Assembly (NCBI RefSeq): GCF_006345805.1
Contig: NC_042997.1
Location: 160,828,001 to 160,892,000, forward strand
Direction: 5' to 3'
DNA length: 64,000 bases
From: Octopus sinensis
Lineage: Eukaryota
The first letter of the stretch is position 1, and each line of letters begins with the position of its first letter. Below are positions 39,600 through 53,215 of this stretch, in pieces. Below the pieces are notes generated by a model, which was not told the origin of the DNA, searched no databases, and worked only from the letters and a program-made list of their open reading frames with translations. The position numbers and the translations under genes were made by a program.

Positions 39600-42340
39600 A
39601 CATTCCGTTTTTCTTGCAATTATTTTCTTTTATTTGTACTTTCTACTCTGATTATTTATTTAGTGACTAGAAAATACACCAACTTTTGATAAAATATCGA
39701 ATGTAGTCACTAATTTCGTACATATTTTTAAAAGAATTATATTATACTATCATTTATTCTCAATGCGTTACAAAAAATTTATTTATTTATTTATTTATTT
39801 ACGCTCGTTCAATGAATTAACTAACTATTATTTAATAATCATAATAAATTATTTAATTCATTGGACGGGCGTAAAATTAATTGTAGACACAAAGTACTTT
39901 ACTTATATAATAAATAAATTTTTAGATAAATAGCGACTAAATTTAAACCCTATTTTTGTTTCTAATTTGTAGTTATATTTTGTACTACTATTAATTCTAA
40001 AATTTAGCATGTGATCTTATATTGTATATTACATACTTTAATAAGTCTAATTTGGTATTAATTATTGAATAAATAAATAATTAAATAAATAAATAATTAA
40101 TTATTTGTAGTAGTGTTGTGATTGCACTTCTGTAGGTGGTTTGAGTATAAGTCAATAAGAGTTAGTAAAGGTTCTCTAAAACTTAGAGTTATATTATATT
40201 TAGATGTTTATTTTATTGCTAAATATATAATTTATTTAGTGCATATAAATTAAAAGATAGTTATTTCATTTTTGTGGTTGATATTGTTATTATTATTATT
40301 ATGATTATTATATATCTACTAAAATTAATAGTATTAAGTATATATATCTTTTTGGTAATAGTTTTAGTAACGTTAAATAAATAATTTTGAATGTGTAGTA
40401 AAATAATTTTTTCTTTATGTACTCTTTATTTATAATGATAATATATGCTTTATTTATTCAATTAATTAGCGAAGTCTTTGATCTAAATATAAATTACTTT
40501 ACCTATATAATAAGTTTAATCTATTATTATTTTAGCATTTGTTTTGAGTATTAATATGATATATATTTGTTATAAACGACAGTTAAGTTTATAGTTTGTA
40601 ATAATTTTTTTTTATATCAAAATGTATTTATATCGTATATTTCGAAGTAAATTTATTTAGATGTTTATTTAATTAATTATTATTAATAAATTTTAATTAC
40701 ATCATAGTTTTAAAATTAATTTAAGCTTATTAATTAGTGGTTATAATATAGATACTGAATGAATTACTACTGAGTTAATATTGAATGTTTTAAATAAAGA
40801 TTTGACTCCAACGTAACCATATTTTTTATATATATGAAATAAATTAATTTGTATAAGATTATTGGAGAATATACAGTAAATAGTAGTTATATAAATTATT
40901 TTAATTTATAGAGTTTTGAGTATAATTTATTGTAGTTAATTATAAATTTTAGTTTTATTGTGAAAGATATGATAGTGTATAGTGATTCTATTCTCTATTA
41001 ATGAATTTGTTCTCTTTATCTATTAAATCTAAAATATATTCGTAGTTTTCATTGATGAAATATATTCGTAGTTTTCATTGATAAATGAATATTTCCATCT
41101 CTTTGTTCTATTTCTGTTAATAACGTAATTCCACAAGTTTTATTATAAACGCTTAAAAAGTTGTTTTCCGTTTCGAAATTTTAGTTAATGACTCGCTTTT
41201 CGAAAGTTAAGTAAACTTTTTTATTCAATAAATTTTATTGTATTCTATATAACTATTGATTGTTAAATTTGAATTTATAATTATTTTAGTTGTTTATGAT
41301 AATTTAGATATGTACATTTATTTAATTATTATTAATATATAATTATTATAACTGAACGTAAATTTTAAGATATTAGTTAGTCACTGTGGTATATAGATCG
41401 TAAAAATTCTTTTGATAAGGATGATAATAGTGATGATAATAGTAGTAATAAGATTGTTTAAAGATAGGTTATACATTTTTAATTTGATTTTTTAATTTTT
41501 AAATTGTATTTCATAAATATATTATATAGATATTTATAATATTTATGCAACTAATAATGGACTAATTAAATTTTGGTTTTATGTTTATATATTTATTGAT
41601 AGAGAAAATTTTAGATTTTTAATTACTAAATTTGTTGATTATGATTTAGATACTTATTTTCATGTATTTATTATTTTATAATTATTAGATGTGAACTTTA
41701 ATCTAAAAATATTAAGAGTGATTATTTTGCTAAATAAATTGGTAATTAAATATTGGAGTATAACTGAGTTCGATAGTTTATTGTTTTTTAAGCCAAATTA
41801 TATCTTCAAAGATAAATACATATTTCTATCTATTTTTTCACCTTAAAAATTAAATATTTAACATAATAAATGTGTTGTAGGAAATAATCTTAATGTTTTA
41901 AGTTTCAAATTTAGTTAATGGAGTTTCTTTCTATAAGAAAAATTATTATTTTATTTATTTTTTTAAATAAATATTGTTTAACTCTATTTGCATATTTGTT
42001 TAACTGTTATCATTAACCTGAAGATTGACTATAATTTTAAATCGAATTTAATTCAATTGAATTTAAACTTAACTGTAATTCGAATTTAATTGTAGCCATG
42101 AAACGTACGCAGTTTTTTTACTTATTATATATTGATCATTCATTTTTATACTTTTTGAGATCTAGTTATATGATTTATAAAAATATATATTATTTGCTTT
42201 TTACGTTTTGGCTTATGTCTATCACAGTTTGAGTAGCATAATAGTGGTTTTATCTCTAATTTATATTTTATATATTTATATTGTGTAATTCATTTTAATA
42301 CTAAACTGAATTTTCCCCAGTAAGTTTGGAGTTATACTCC
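39600..42340 (-). other. Extremely AT-rich block, possibly an old Penelope RT relic
   Basis: Very low GC; minus-strand GVKSLF near 40790-40815 resembles the PLE DVKSLF motif; no clean ORF. Confidence 0.3.
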
Positions 42341-42341
42341 G

Positions 42342-42404
<63 letters not shown>

Positions 42405-42496
42405 ATTTATGTATGTATATATTAATAATAATAGTATGACAACAAAAGAATGAATGAGACCTCGATATTATGTAAATAGAGGAATTTATCTATAAT

Positions 42497-43401
42497 ATAA
42501 TATGTGACAATTAGTTGGTTGCCATAATAAAACACAGACTTTCGGTTGTCGGGGCGGAATACAAAAATGCTATGAAAATGACCATTAAATAAAGGGAAAT
42601 TACTATGAAGATGACCGTTATTTAGAAAAACAAGAGAGCTATGATAATGACCGTTAAATAAAGGGAAATTACCCGAATAGGAAGAAAGTAAAAATACTCG
42701 AAGAAGGTAAACACACGCTCATAGAATCCGCGTATGCGTGCATGTTCATACATGCACATGCGGACACGCACACCCACGTGCATGTGCATATATGCCTATG
42801 CTCGCTCAACCTCGCGTGAAATACATACATGCACACACACACACACCTATATGTATACATATGTATGCATCCATACACATGTACACATATACATACTCGC
42901 ACACACGTACACATACACGTATATCTATCCATACGCGCAAAATTATGCTCATATACACGTCTCTATATGCACTTGCACAAATATGAATGGTCTGTACATT
43001 ACCTTTCACCCTGCATATTTGTGTATGTACGTATAGAAACGTGTATATGAAAATAATTGTGCGCGTAAGGGTAAAAATACGTGTGTATGGGTATGTATAT
43101 GTGTACATATGTATGGATACATAAGGTGTATGTGTGTGTGTGCATGTATGTGTTTCACTTGAGTGTGAGTGAGCATATGCATATATGCACATGGGCGTGC
43201 GTGCGCGCATGTGCATGTATGGAGAGTGGGTTTACCTTCGAGTATTTTTACTTTCTCCCTATTCAGGGAATTTCGCTTTGTGTAACGGTCATTTTCATAG
43301 CATTTTTGTCTTAATAACTGACGAGATGCCGGAGCAGAATTCTGCCCCGACATCCGAAACTCGAGTTTTATTATGGCAACAGACTAATTGCCACATATTA
43401 T
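42497..43401. repeat. ~900-bp diverged palindrome (PLE-LTR fold-back) in intron 3
   Basis: Ends ataatatgtgacaattagttggttgcc / ggcaacagactaattgccacatattat; centre gcacaaatatg...catatttgtgt around a 28-nt spacer (42986-43013). Confidence 0.85.
43312..43373 (+). ncRNA. Type I hammerhead motif
   Basis: Stem I TAATAA/TTATTA; CTGACGA; stem II GATG..GCAGAATTCTGC..CATC plus one extra C; GAAA; palindromic ACTCGAGT; GUU site. Confidence 0.75.
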
Positions 43402-43929
43402 ATCCTCTTTTCTCTCTTTCTCTGTCTCTCTCTCCTTACATACCCACCTTCCCCTTCATCCTTCGTCAACGCTCCCCCATAAGCTCACCTCACCCCTACA
43501 CATTCCTACTCCACCTTCCCTATCCTTCCCATCCACCCATCCTATCCCCTTCACCCTCTCCCACATACTCCATCTCTACCCCACCCTCTGCCCACCCACA
43601 TACCACAACAGTACCCCAACCCTCAGCCGAACCCACACCCCACCCGTGCTTTCCCCACTCTCGCCTCCCCACCTCCCAACAACATCACACACACCAAACT
43701 ACATCATACAACGTTACTCATTATATCACAATACATCACCCACACACCAGCACTGACCAATTCCCATCCACACATTTTCACAGCTACACATACATATATG
43801 CACACGTCAAGACCACCAGCCCTCTTTCACACGCACATACGTACTCATTTATACACACACGCACCTTCGTGTTTGGGGTCATCTTTATTTTGTTATCTCC
43901 CCTACTTCTTCGCTCTCCTGTGTGACCCT

Positions 43930-44135
43930 TCTGTCCGGAGTCGCCATGATAGATCGGTAGTCACTACACATGTTTTCTCTCCTTGTTTCTCTCCTTGTTT
44001 TTTTCTGTGTCTTTTTCTGTAGAAGAGCATAGGCTCGAAACGTAAAAGACTTTTTCAATTTCTGAGCGTTATACTAATACATCTGTTTGTTTTGTACACC
44101 ACCTGTCTTGGTCTTTTGTTTTTTCGTGAACTCTC
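43930..44135 (+). mobile_element. PLE-LTR/SINE-like repeat with a hammerhead-like motif (44014-44047)
   Basis: TTT-CTGTAGA-A-GAGC ATAG GCTC-GAAA-CG-TA-AAA; second copy at 51100-51290 (-); ends at (TA)n. Confidence 0.65.
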
Positions 44136-44173
44136 TCCTATATATATATATATATACTCATACATACATATAT

Positions 44174-44268
<95 letters not shown>

Positions 44269-45174
44269 GAACATGAAAACATGATATACGTTAAACTATT
44301 TCTTTATCGCTGCTGAATTATTTCTTTTTGCCACCGAGATCAAGGAAGAGATTTCGGTATCTAGTTGTGTGACAAAAATAGCAAGAATTAAATTTGAATT
44401 AATATATACGGTAGGATATGATTCATGGAAGAGCACGAAATTATTCTTGACACAAGCACAAAATCTAAAATTTGAGGCGGGTGGCTTGTAGTCTATTACT
44501 CTGATTGCAGAGAAATACAAGGTAAAGTTAGCCACGGAGGCATATAGATTCAAAATTTAAAAGGCTAGCACAAACACCCCGAATCATTTCCAAAACTCTC
44601 GAACAAACTTGGAGTGGAAGTTATAAGGCGTGAATAAATGTAATGTTTTCTACTGATATTATTATTTATAGTCTACTTTATGATGTTCCCTAACTTTCCT
44701 AATAACAATACGTGTGTAGCTGAATATTTTATGAAACCATTAAAAGAGAAAAAAATAGATAATTAGAAATATAATTATTACAGTAAGTGGTTGTTGTTTT
44801 CTAACGTTGTGATTTTACAATCCTAACATTCACACTGATATTTCTCGTAAGTCATATATTTGGGAAATAGCCTGAACAATTCATCTGTCCGCTCTCTGGA
44901 CGTTTAAAGTGTGATCTTGCTCTTCAAGATTGACAAATACAATATTTCTCCAGATATCAGTGTTGTTCAACTAGCTAGAAATAACAGTTAAATTATCTTT
45001 TCTTCATGTTTATCGTCACTAGAAAAGATCCCATAAGGCCTCGTGTAGGTAGTGATCCACTTAAAGACGGATAGTGTCGTGAATGAGATCTTTGGTATTA
45101 AGTCACCCGTTGTTCACGGCAAGCCCAATGCTAAATAACAACTAAATAACAGCAAATATTCCTACTCCACCTCC

Positions 45175-45200
45175 ACCTCTTCCTCCTCCTCCTCCTCCTC

Positions 45201-45243
<43 letters not shown>

Positions 45244-45259
45244 CACCACCACCACCACC

Positions 45260-45320
<61 letters not shown>

Positions 45321-45335
45321 TACTACTACTACTAC
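45175..45335. repeat. Compound (CCT)n-(ACT)n-(ACC)n-(ACT)n array
   Basis: Direct reading. Confidence 0.9.
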
Positions 45336-46229
45336 AACGTTAATAAATTTCTAAAGATGTACTTTGCATTCAGCTTGAAAAGCACTTATATCATAAATAT
45401 GTGATCAGCTTTCATATTATTCATAACCTTATACTGTAGAATCACGTTGCAAATTTTCCTAGGAGAAAGAAATATCAATTTTGATGGAAATTTTACAGCT
45501 AGTCAATGAGCGATAGTAACTTTCTTTTATTGCATATCGTAATGGCTGTAAACGATATCGAATATTTGGATTACAAAAGCAAAGTTGTAAACGCAAAAAT
45601 CATTATCTTTCTTCTCATAAAGAAAATCTATTCCTTCTTAAGCCTTTCATTATGATCATCTGTTTTAAAAACAACTAGCAGTATAACACGGCTTTGACCG
45701 GGATTAAGTAAGGATTATTAAGCAAATTAAGATCTTTATTTCAAACCAAACTAAGTAGCATCTACGTCAAATTTGTGGGAAATTGGTTTATATATATATG
45801 GGCAACACAAACACATACACACGCATACGTGCGTACACCTATTGCATACAAGTTTTTTGCACACATACATGTTCGTGTGTGTGTTTGTGTGTGTGCGTTG
45901 CCCGTATATCAATAAAACACCTTTTTCGTCGATTGAAAAATAACAAAAGTCTTAACAAAACTTACTCGTCGCTAGAAGGGGACTTAACTCCTGTTTGCAA
46001 ACAATTGTGATTTCTCCGACTTGAAAATTGTTAAAAGTTTTGGTTGAAAATTTATTTTTTACTGCTATTCACTGGTACCTGGTAAAAATAAGTTGACGAA
46101 AATACAGCTAGGATCTGGACGAATATTCTCCTGAAATGTATTGGTGAACAGTCAACAGCGTTGGAGAGCATAAATATTAACGTTGTAGCTGAGAAAAAGT
46201 CAGCTGACATGGAAGACAAGAAAGTAGCT

Positions 46230-46810
46230 GAATATTGGAAAGATTTACCTGTATCAAATGCCAGTCTCATGGCTTCTGCTCAAAGTTCTGTGCGCAATGA
46301 AATAACAATAAGATCTGATACGGTCATCATGAAAGCGAAGTTATCCCAAAATGTGATGGTCTTTGGGAGTGTCTCCAGTAAGGATGACGTCATGCATCCC
46401 ACATCCTTGAGCAGGGATTAAAGCACAATACATTTAGCTATGCGAAGCTTCTAGAGACTGTAGTCAAACCCTACCTGAAGAGGGTTGCTACTGGAAAACC
46501 ATATGTGTGGTGGTAGGATTCGTCGTCTTGACATACCTCTTGAAATATTCAAAGTGGTTGTCGTAGAATATCTACGACTTCACCTGCTCCAACTTCGGAG
46601 ATCCTAATTTCTCCAATTTTCATCCAACGGATTATTACGTGTGGGGCACAGTTGAGGACACCAACTGCCCTGCCTGCAACACTAAAGCCGTGCTGGTAGC
46701 CGAGTTCAAGGAGGTGTCTGAAGCTTTCCCATGTACATATTGAGGAACGCATGTGCCAAGTTTCGGAGCTGTCTTGAGGCCGTGATGGAAACTGAGGACG
46801 GTATTTTGAG
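46230..46810 (+). mobile_element. Decayed Tc1/mariner (maT/DD37D-like) transposase remnant
   Basis: VMVFGSVSS, VVKPYL..GKPYVW, DYYVWGTVE..N..CNTK, LRNAC..LEAVME. Confidence 0.6.
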
Positions 46811-48163
46811 TATACCTTTATCTGCTAGCCATAATGCTGTTATAATGTGGATCCTTGTCCCCTTGTATGTTATTGTCGGCACTATAATATTCTTGTCGTC
46901 ACTATTACGTTGTGGTGGTATTCCACATCTTATTATCTTTGACTCGTCTATCGTGCTTTCGCTGATAGCTGCGCAAGACAATAACTTTTAAACGTCTACC
47001 TTGACGGTAAACTCGAACTCGTATATATCACGTAACTGACTCAGATTCCAACTGAGAACTCTTACAACGACTGTACTACTACTGACTTCCTACAACGACT
47101 GACTATCTGGCTTGTCACGGGGAAAGCGGGGTACCATTTTCACTACAACAATATTTTGAATATATTTTAAATATATTTTTTTAATTTTTTGATGGAATAT
47201 TGTGTTTTCTTTTCCTTTTATGCAAACTTTCAAATTTAACCTGAACACCCTGTACATTGATTTTTGAAATGTGCTCAAAGCTCAAAGATTTGGGGAGCAA
47301 AGATCAATTAAATTGACTTTTGTCACTAGAGAGAACGAAATCCCAAGCCCAATCTGATTTCAGATAACATCCTGTCGACAAAATCTGAACTCCTGATGTA
47401 AAAATTGTGCGTTATAGTCAGAAGGCTTTGTTCTTAACGCATATTTTTCTACTTTGATTTTGCAAATTGCAGTATTTTCTTTGCATTAGTTATGATAATA
47501 TAAGGGTTTTTTTTTTTATTTCAATAAAATTGCAGTTCAGTGACTGAAACCAGCATACATGAATGTTCGGATTGTTTGTTTATTTTACTCGAAACAGGTT
47601 TATTTGCATTAAAAGCGTGGAAATGTGTGTTTGAAAACGAAACCTACATCGTGGGAATTGTTTTAGCCAATTATGCCGATTTGCAAACTTTTTTCAATCC
47701 AAGGCACATTCAATTAGGTTCAATACGATAGTCCATTAGATTTTTGAAATGTTATATACCTGTGTATGCATTATGTTTGCATTTATAAATATTATATAAA
47801 AAGGGATATGGGGCCGCGCATTACATTTCGCCACGTTTCAAAATATTTAGCCGTTTCTCTACTACACTAAAAACGGGGCACACTACCGGATCATATGCAG
47901 CTGTTAAGTGTGTTGCAGCAGAGTGAGTGAAAATATGTATGTTGAGTGATCGATCATTTGACTCGTTCAAAATGCATGATGCAATACAGAATACTCTTTG
48001 TCGGCAAAATTAGGGCCGGATGTCATGATTGATTACGGCTACGCCGGGGCTTAACTACAACAATAACAAGGATAACAAGAAGATACTATAATGGTCAAAC
48101 ATAGATCGAATGATAAGTTTTTGCAAGCTGATTCTTTACTTGTGTTTTATGTTTGTTTTTCAG

Positions 48164-48396
48164 AACAGTGGCCAGACGTGAGCTTTCATTTTGGATTATG
48201 TAGAGATATTGATAAGTACCTCTTGGTATGGCAGAATGGAGAAGCACTTACGTTTGGATTCTGGCAGAAGAATAGACCTGACAATTATGGAGGCGATCAG
48301 CACTGTGGAGTTTTAACTCATTATAGTAATCACAGATGGAATGATATAAAGTGTGACGACGAATGGGGATATATATGCGAGATAGTCGTGAGATAA
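48164..48396 (+). CDS. Exon 4: C-type lectin domain C-terminal half, stop codon
   Basis: tttttcAG acceptor, phase 1; FHFGL..VWQNG..FW..NRPDN..HCG..WNDIKC..YICE*; four exons total 786 nt = 261 aa + stop. Confidence 0.9.
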
Positions 48397-48505
48397 ATGT
48401 GTAGCTGAAAAAACCGTAACGCACACGTACACACACATACATATATACGTACTCTTATATATATATGTGTGTGCGTGTGTATGTATATATGTGTATATAT
48501 ATATG

Positions 48506-48593
<88 letters not shown>

Positions 48594-48649
48594 GGTGCCC
48601 CAGCATGGCCACAGCTCGTGAGCTGAAACTAGATAAAATAAAAGATAAA

Positions 48650-48706
<57 letters not shown>

Positions 48707-49076
48707 CTAGCCAAATTGTCTACTTTTCCTTTCTACTTTAACTTCTCTCCCTCTCTCTTTTTCTCTCTGTCACTGACTGTCTGTCTGTCTATCTGTTTCT
48801 CTCACTTTCACTGTTTCTCTCTCTCTCTCTCGCTATATATATATATATAAAACCTCTTCAATCTTTCTCCCTCCCACTCCTCCTCTCTCTTCGCCGCGTG
48901 TCCCCCTTCTCCTTCCCTCTTCCTTGCCTATAAAACAAAATTCCTTTACGCGTGGTTCCCACTATTGAAAAGACTGCCTCCACGCGCTGCTACTACACTT
49001 TCGTCCTTGCCAGCAAAAGGCCCTTTCGTTCGTCCCCCTGTGTGGTTGATTTCCTGTATAGTATTCTTTTTATTTT

Positions 49077-49324
49077 CTCGTTTTGTAACTAATTGTATTT
49101 TTTGTACATGTATTTTTATTTTTGCAGTTTTATTGTTTGTCTATGCCAGAAAAAAGGCTTTTTCGTTCGTCCTCTTGTGTGTTTGTTTTTGTACATGTAT
49201 CTCGTTTTGTAACTAATTGTATTTTTTGTATATGTATTTTTATTTTTGCAGTTTTATTGTTTGTCTATGCCAGAAAAAAGGCTTTTTCGTTCGTCCTCTT
49301 GTGTGTTTGTTTTTGTACATGTAT
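49077..49324. repeat. Two tandem 124-bp repeats
   Basis: ctcgttttgtaactaattg recurs at 49077 and 49201. Confidence 0.85.
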
Positions 49325-49698
49325 TTTAATTTTGCAGTTTTATTGTTACGTCTTGTTGTGTTCGTACTCATTTTGCCCCGCTGCTTGGAATTTTATTTTA
49401 ATTCTCTCGCAGGAAGGCCTATGGATTAGTGTTCTGTCTTGCCTTCGAAACATGCCTGACTCCTCTAGCGACAGCTGATGACGGGGGTTTTGTCTTGTGT
49501 AGCTCGTCCTGTATTTGTTTTTCGTTTTCTTGTTTTTTGTTTTCCGTTTCCGTGTTTTTTGTTTTTTGGTTTTTTCCGTTTCTACGTCTTATTGTGATGT
49601 CCTGTACTCCCGTATAATTATTTATATATGCATGTATATATACATGTAGATGTAAGTACGTACATATATGTTTGTATGTATGCATATATTTTTATTTA

Positions 49699-49740
<42 letters not shown>

Positions 49741-50121
49741 TAGCGAGAGAGAGAGATATATATATAAACAGTAAAAGTGAGAGAAACAGATACACAGGAA
49801 AAGCAAACAGTTTGGCTAAACTTGTCAAGGATACTTAAATTATATAATAAAAGGTTTGGATCATCCTGACGAAAATTCCGCGTATCTTTTAAATATATAT
49901 ATATATATGTGTGTGGGGGGGTGTATGTGTGTGTGGGTGTATGTGTGTGTGTGTGTGTGTAAGAAATAATTAAGATTCAGTTGAATTAGGTACTTCTGTT
50001 GAAGCACCATGTCAGTCTGGTGTCATCCGCACAGCTCGAAGTAAGTTGAGCAAAAAAACAACAACAACAGGATATCAAGTAGTAATGCGGTGCGACCATT
50101 TCAAGCGACTCCTTTTAATTG

Positions 50122-51995
50122 AAGAATTCAATCATTACATCAAATCAAATGCAGTGCTATCTTCAGCTGCACAATAAAAGAAAAAAATGTATATGGAATT
50201 TCAACAGGCAGGGTACATTAATATAAGGTTTCTTAAATATTTTAAGTAAGAAGAAAGAAATTCATGTTGTCGCTATTGTAGCAGAAGTGGCTAACAAAAA
50301 AAAACAAGCTACAGTTCCCTAGAATAGCATGGAGCTTAGGGGGTTCATAGGGTTGTAATTCATTTCAAATTTATTTATCTCTTTATCATCTACTAAAATC
50401 TGAGATTAGAAGACTGTGTATATTTTGAATAAAGAACAAGAGTGAGCCGACAGCTCATGGTCATAAATATTACCATAGGTATCTCCTTCCTCCCAAGAGA
50501 AAAGAAACAAAACTTTAGGGAAAGTCAATTAGGTAGAAGTAATTGTCTGTAAAAAGAGATGGGATAGGGATAGATATTAAATCTTGATGTTAATCACCAG
50601 TTAAAGGAGCAAGACACTATGACAAGATGCTCATACAAGGAAAATATTATTTGGGACACGCTGGGGGAACGTTTAACGACAATACTATTATGTCGTAAAA
50701 ACATGAAATAAAATTTAAGAGTTCCAGAAAATGATATCATAACCAAAAGTGCTAAAGGGTATGTATGTATCAATTATAAACATTAAAAAGGAAGATTACT
50801 ATTATGTAGAATTAATTTAAATACCCCTTTCTTTAATTAATTGACTCTTATGTGATTTGTCTAAAGACTGTTCAAGTCACTTACATCTGGAATATCTAGA
50901 AAGATATACATATTATCTATTGATTTGAAGCAATGGATCAGAGCGGGATAATAAAGATAAGGGTAATACATAGACATAATTAAATATAAGGCATATAATC
51001 AAAAGTATAAAATAATGCATACAGATACATATAAAAAGAGGATTTTTTATACACACACATACACACACACATCTATATATGCATAGAGGGAGAATTCACG
51101 AAAAAAAAACACAAGACGAAGACAGGGGTTGTAGAAACAAACAGATGTATTAGTATAACGCTCGGGAATTGAAAACGTATTTTACGTTTCGAGCCTACGC
51201 TCTTCCACAGAAAGGAACACAGAAAGAAACAAGGAGAGAAAAAAATGTGAGCCGCGGCTACCGACCTGTCGTGGCGACTGCCGTATATATACATATACAC
51301 AAGTATATATACGCTTATATGAAAGAATATAGTATAAATATCTTGCATAGACCAAAGTAACTGAAATATATAAAATTAAGAACAAGACAACAATTTATAA
51401 AGGATAAGGTATTTATAAAGGTAATGATATCAAAGTAAGAAAACAAGACAATAAGAATTCCTATAAAACAATAAGAAATACATATAAAGAGATAGGGAAT
51501 TAAATGCTAGAGGCAGGGAAAAGATAAAAGTAACCTAAAAAGAGAGGGTAATAGGTACGGAAGTAGTGACGGCAATAAAAGGTATTCAAACCGAAGTGGT
51601 TTTATAAGATGTAATATTACAGATGTTATTGTATGTATGGTTTTATAGTTCCTGGGGCGTATAGGATTTAGTCAAGGGAGACTTACTTTTATATCACTAC
51701 AAATACATAATACGACTAGTAGGGTAGAAATTCATAGAAAGGGAAAATAGTGTAATCGCCAAAATAGGGTGAAGTAAGACTAACCAGGCAGGGGTTATCA
51801 TGGGATAATAATACACATAGCATACCATATAGCCACCCCTGCTACAATAGCGACAACATGAATTTCTTCCATCTTCTTACCCTCTTAAAATATTTAAGAA
51901 TATTAATGTATCCTACCTGTTGAAATTCCACATATATTTTTTTGTGTGTGCAGCTGAAGACAGCCCTGCAGTTAAATTGATGCAATGATTGCATT
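50122..51995. repeat. Segment bounded by ~150-170 bp diverged inverted repeats (50122-50300 / 51826-51995)
   Basis: cttcagctgcaca..ggaatttcaacagg..gaaattcatgttgtcgctattgtagcag and its reverse complement. Confidence 0.75.
51100..51290 (-). mobile_element. Second copy of the 43930 repeat with a hammerhead-like motif (51180-51213)
   Basis: Minus strand TTT-CTGTGGA-A-GAGC GTAG GCTC-GAAA-CG-TA-AAA. Confidence 0.65.
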
Positions 51996-52271
51996 GTTTA
52001 ATCAAACTTTATATATATATTATATAAGTATGGATTTGTATGTCGGTATATGTAAATATATATACATACACGTACGTGCCTGTGTATGTGTAAGTGTGTG
52101 TGCGTGCGTGTATATATATAAACATACATATGAGTATACTCGTGTGTGTATTTGTGCGCATGCATTTTTATATATACGAAAATTTATATATACGAAGACG
52201 GATACTAATGAGTGTGCATGTGTGTGAATGCGCGTGAACATATATAAGCTTGTATGCGTGTATATGTGTTG

Positions 52272-52317
<46 letters not shown>

Positions 52318-52869
52318 TATATATATCCATGTTTGGGTACGTATGTTTGTATACATATTCACACACATACATATTTTTGTTTCCTACTAATCTACCACAT
52401 ATGTCTATTTATAGCAATTTCGACTCCCTTATATTCTTCATTCCACCTCAATTTTTACTACCAGAACCAATACCCACTTACATATCACCCCACCCTTACC
52501 TTCTCTCTACCTTTTCTGTACCCATCCCTTAATACAGCTCTATCACACCACCCCTACTCACATATCTTACGCTCTTTTACTCCTTACCCTCTCATATCTA
52601 CCTCTCTCCCCCTCTCGTCTCCCTTCCTCCTATCACTTTATTCTGACCTCTAGCTAACACTCCCCTTCACCTCTCCCTTCCTCCTATCACTTTATTATGG
52701 CCACTAACTAACACACCCTCTCTCATTTCGTCCCATCTCTCTTCATTTCTTTTTGTCTCCCCTTCCCATTTTGCTTCTCTTTTCCCTCCCATTCTCTCTT
52801 CCAGTCTTTCATTTGACCTGCTTCCTCTCTCTAATCATATACATCTCTCCTCCGTCTATATATCCATTA

Positions 52870-53215
52870 ACACTACACTTTAAAAAAAACTCGATCGACC
52901 AACACTGTTTACAAGGCTCTATGCTTGGAATGACCAAATATAACTACCATTGGAACTCACACACCAGGTCAAGAACATTTCTTACTCAAAACATTTTTTC
53001 AGCACTTATATACACCATTCTACTTGAATAATGTAACTGCAAATACAAAATCCTTATGTATCTCACTTCTATATTCATTCTCTTACTTCCCTCTGTATTT
53101 CGTATCTTCTCTACAATAATTAATATTCAAACATTTTCTCGCACCGTCTCTGCTGAAAGGATATATAAAATATTCCGGAAACAGCTGTAAGACCTTTTCT
53201 TAATAAATGCTATGA
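52870..53215 (+). mobile_element. PLE 3' end (decayed GIY-YIG C-terminus + LTR)
   Basis: IFQHLYTPFYLN-like terminus followed by an LTR with a hammerhead motif. Confidence 0.5.
53146..53193 (+). ncRNA. Type I hammerhead motif with one core change
   Basis: GTCT/AGAC stem I; CTGCTGA (A6 to C); GGATAT..ATTCC stem II; GAAA; palindromic ACAGCTGT; GUA site. Confidence 0.6.

Noticed and set aside
39600-42340. Possible mitochondrial insertion (NUMT)
   Set aside because: Composition is suggestive, but no convincing mitochondrial protein, tRNA or rRNA motif could be read.
43185-43925. 246-aa Pro/His/Ser-rich ORF
   Set aside because: It arises from C-rich low-complexity repeat DNA inside an intron and has no domain features.
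46911-47147. TGT...ACA segment resembling a solo LTR
   Set aside because: No matching target-site duplication and no second copy in the window.
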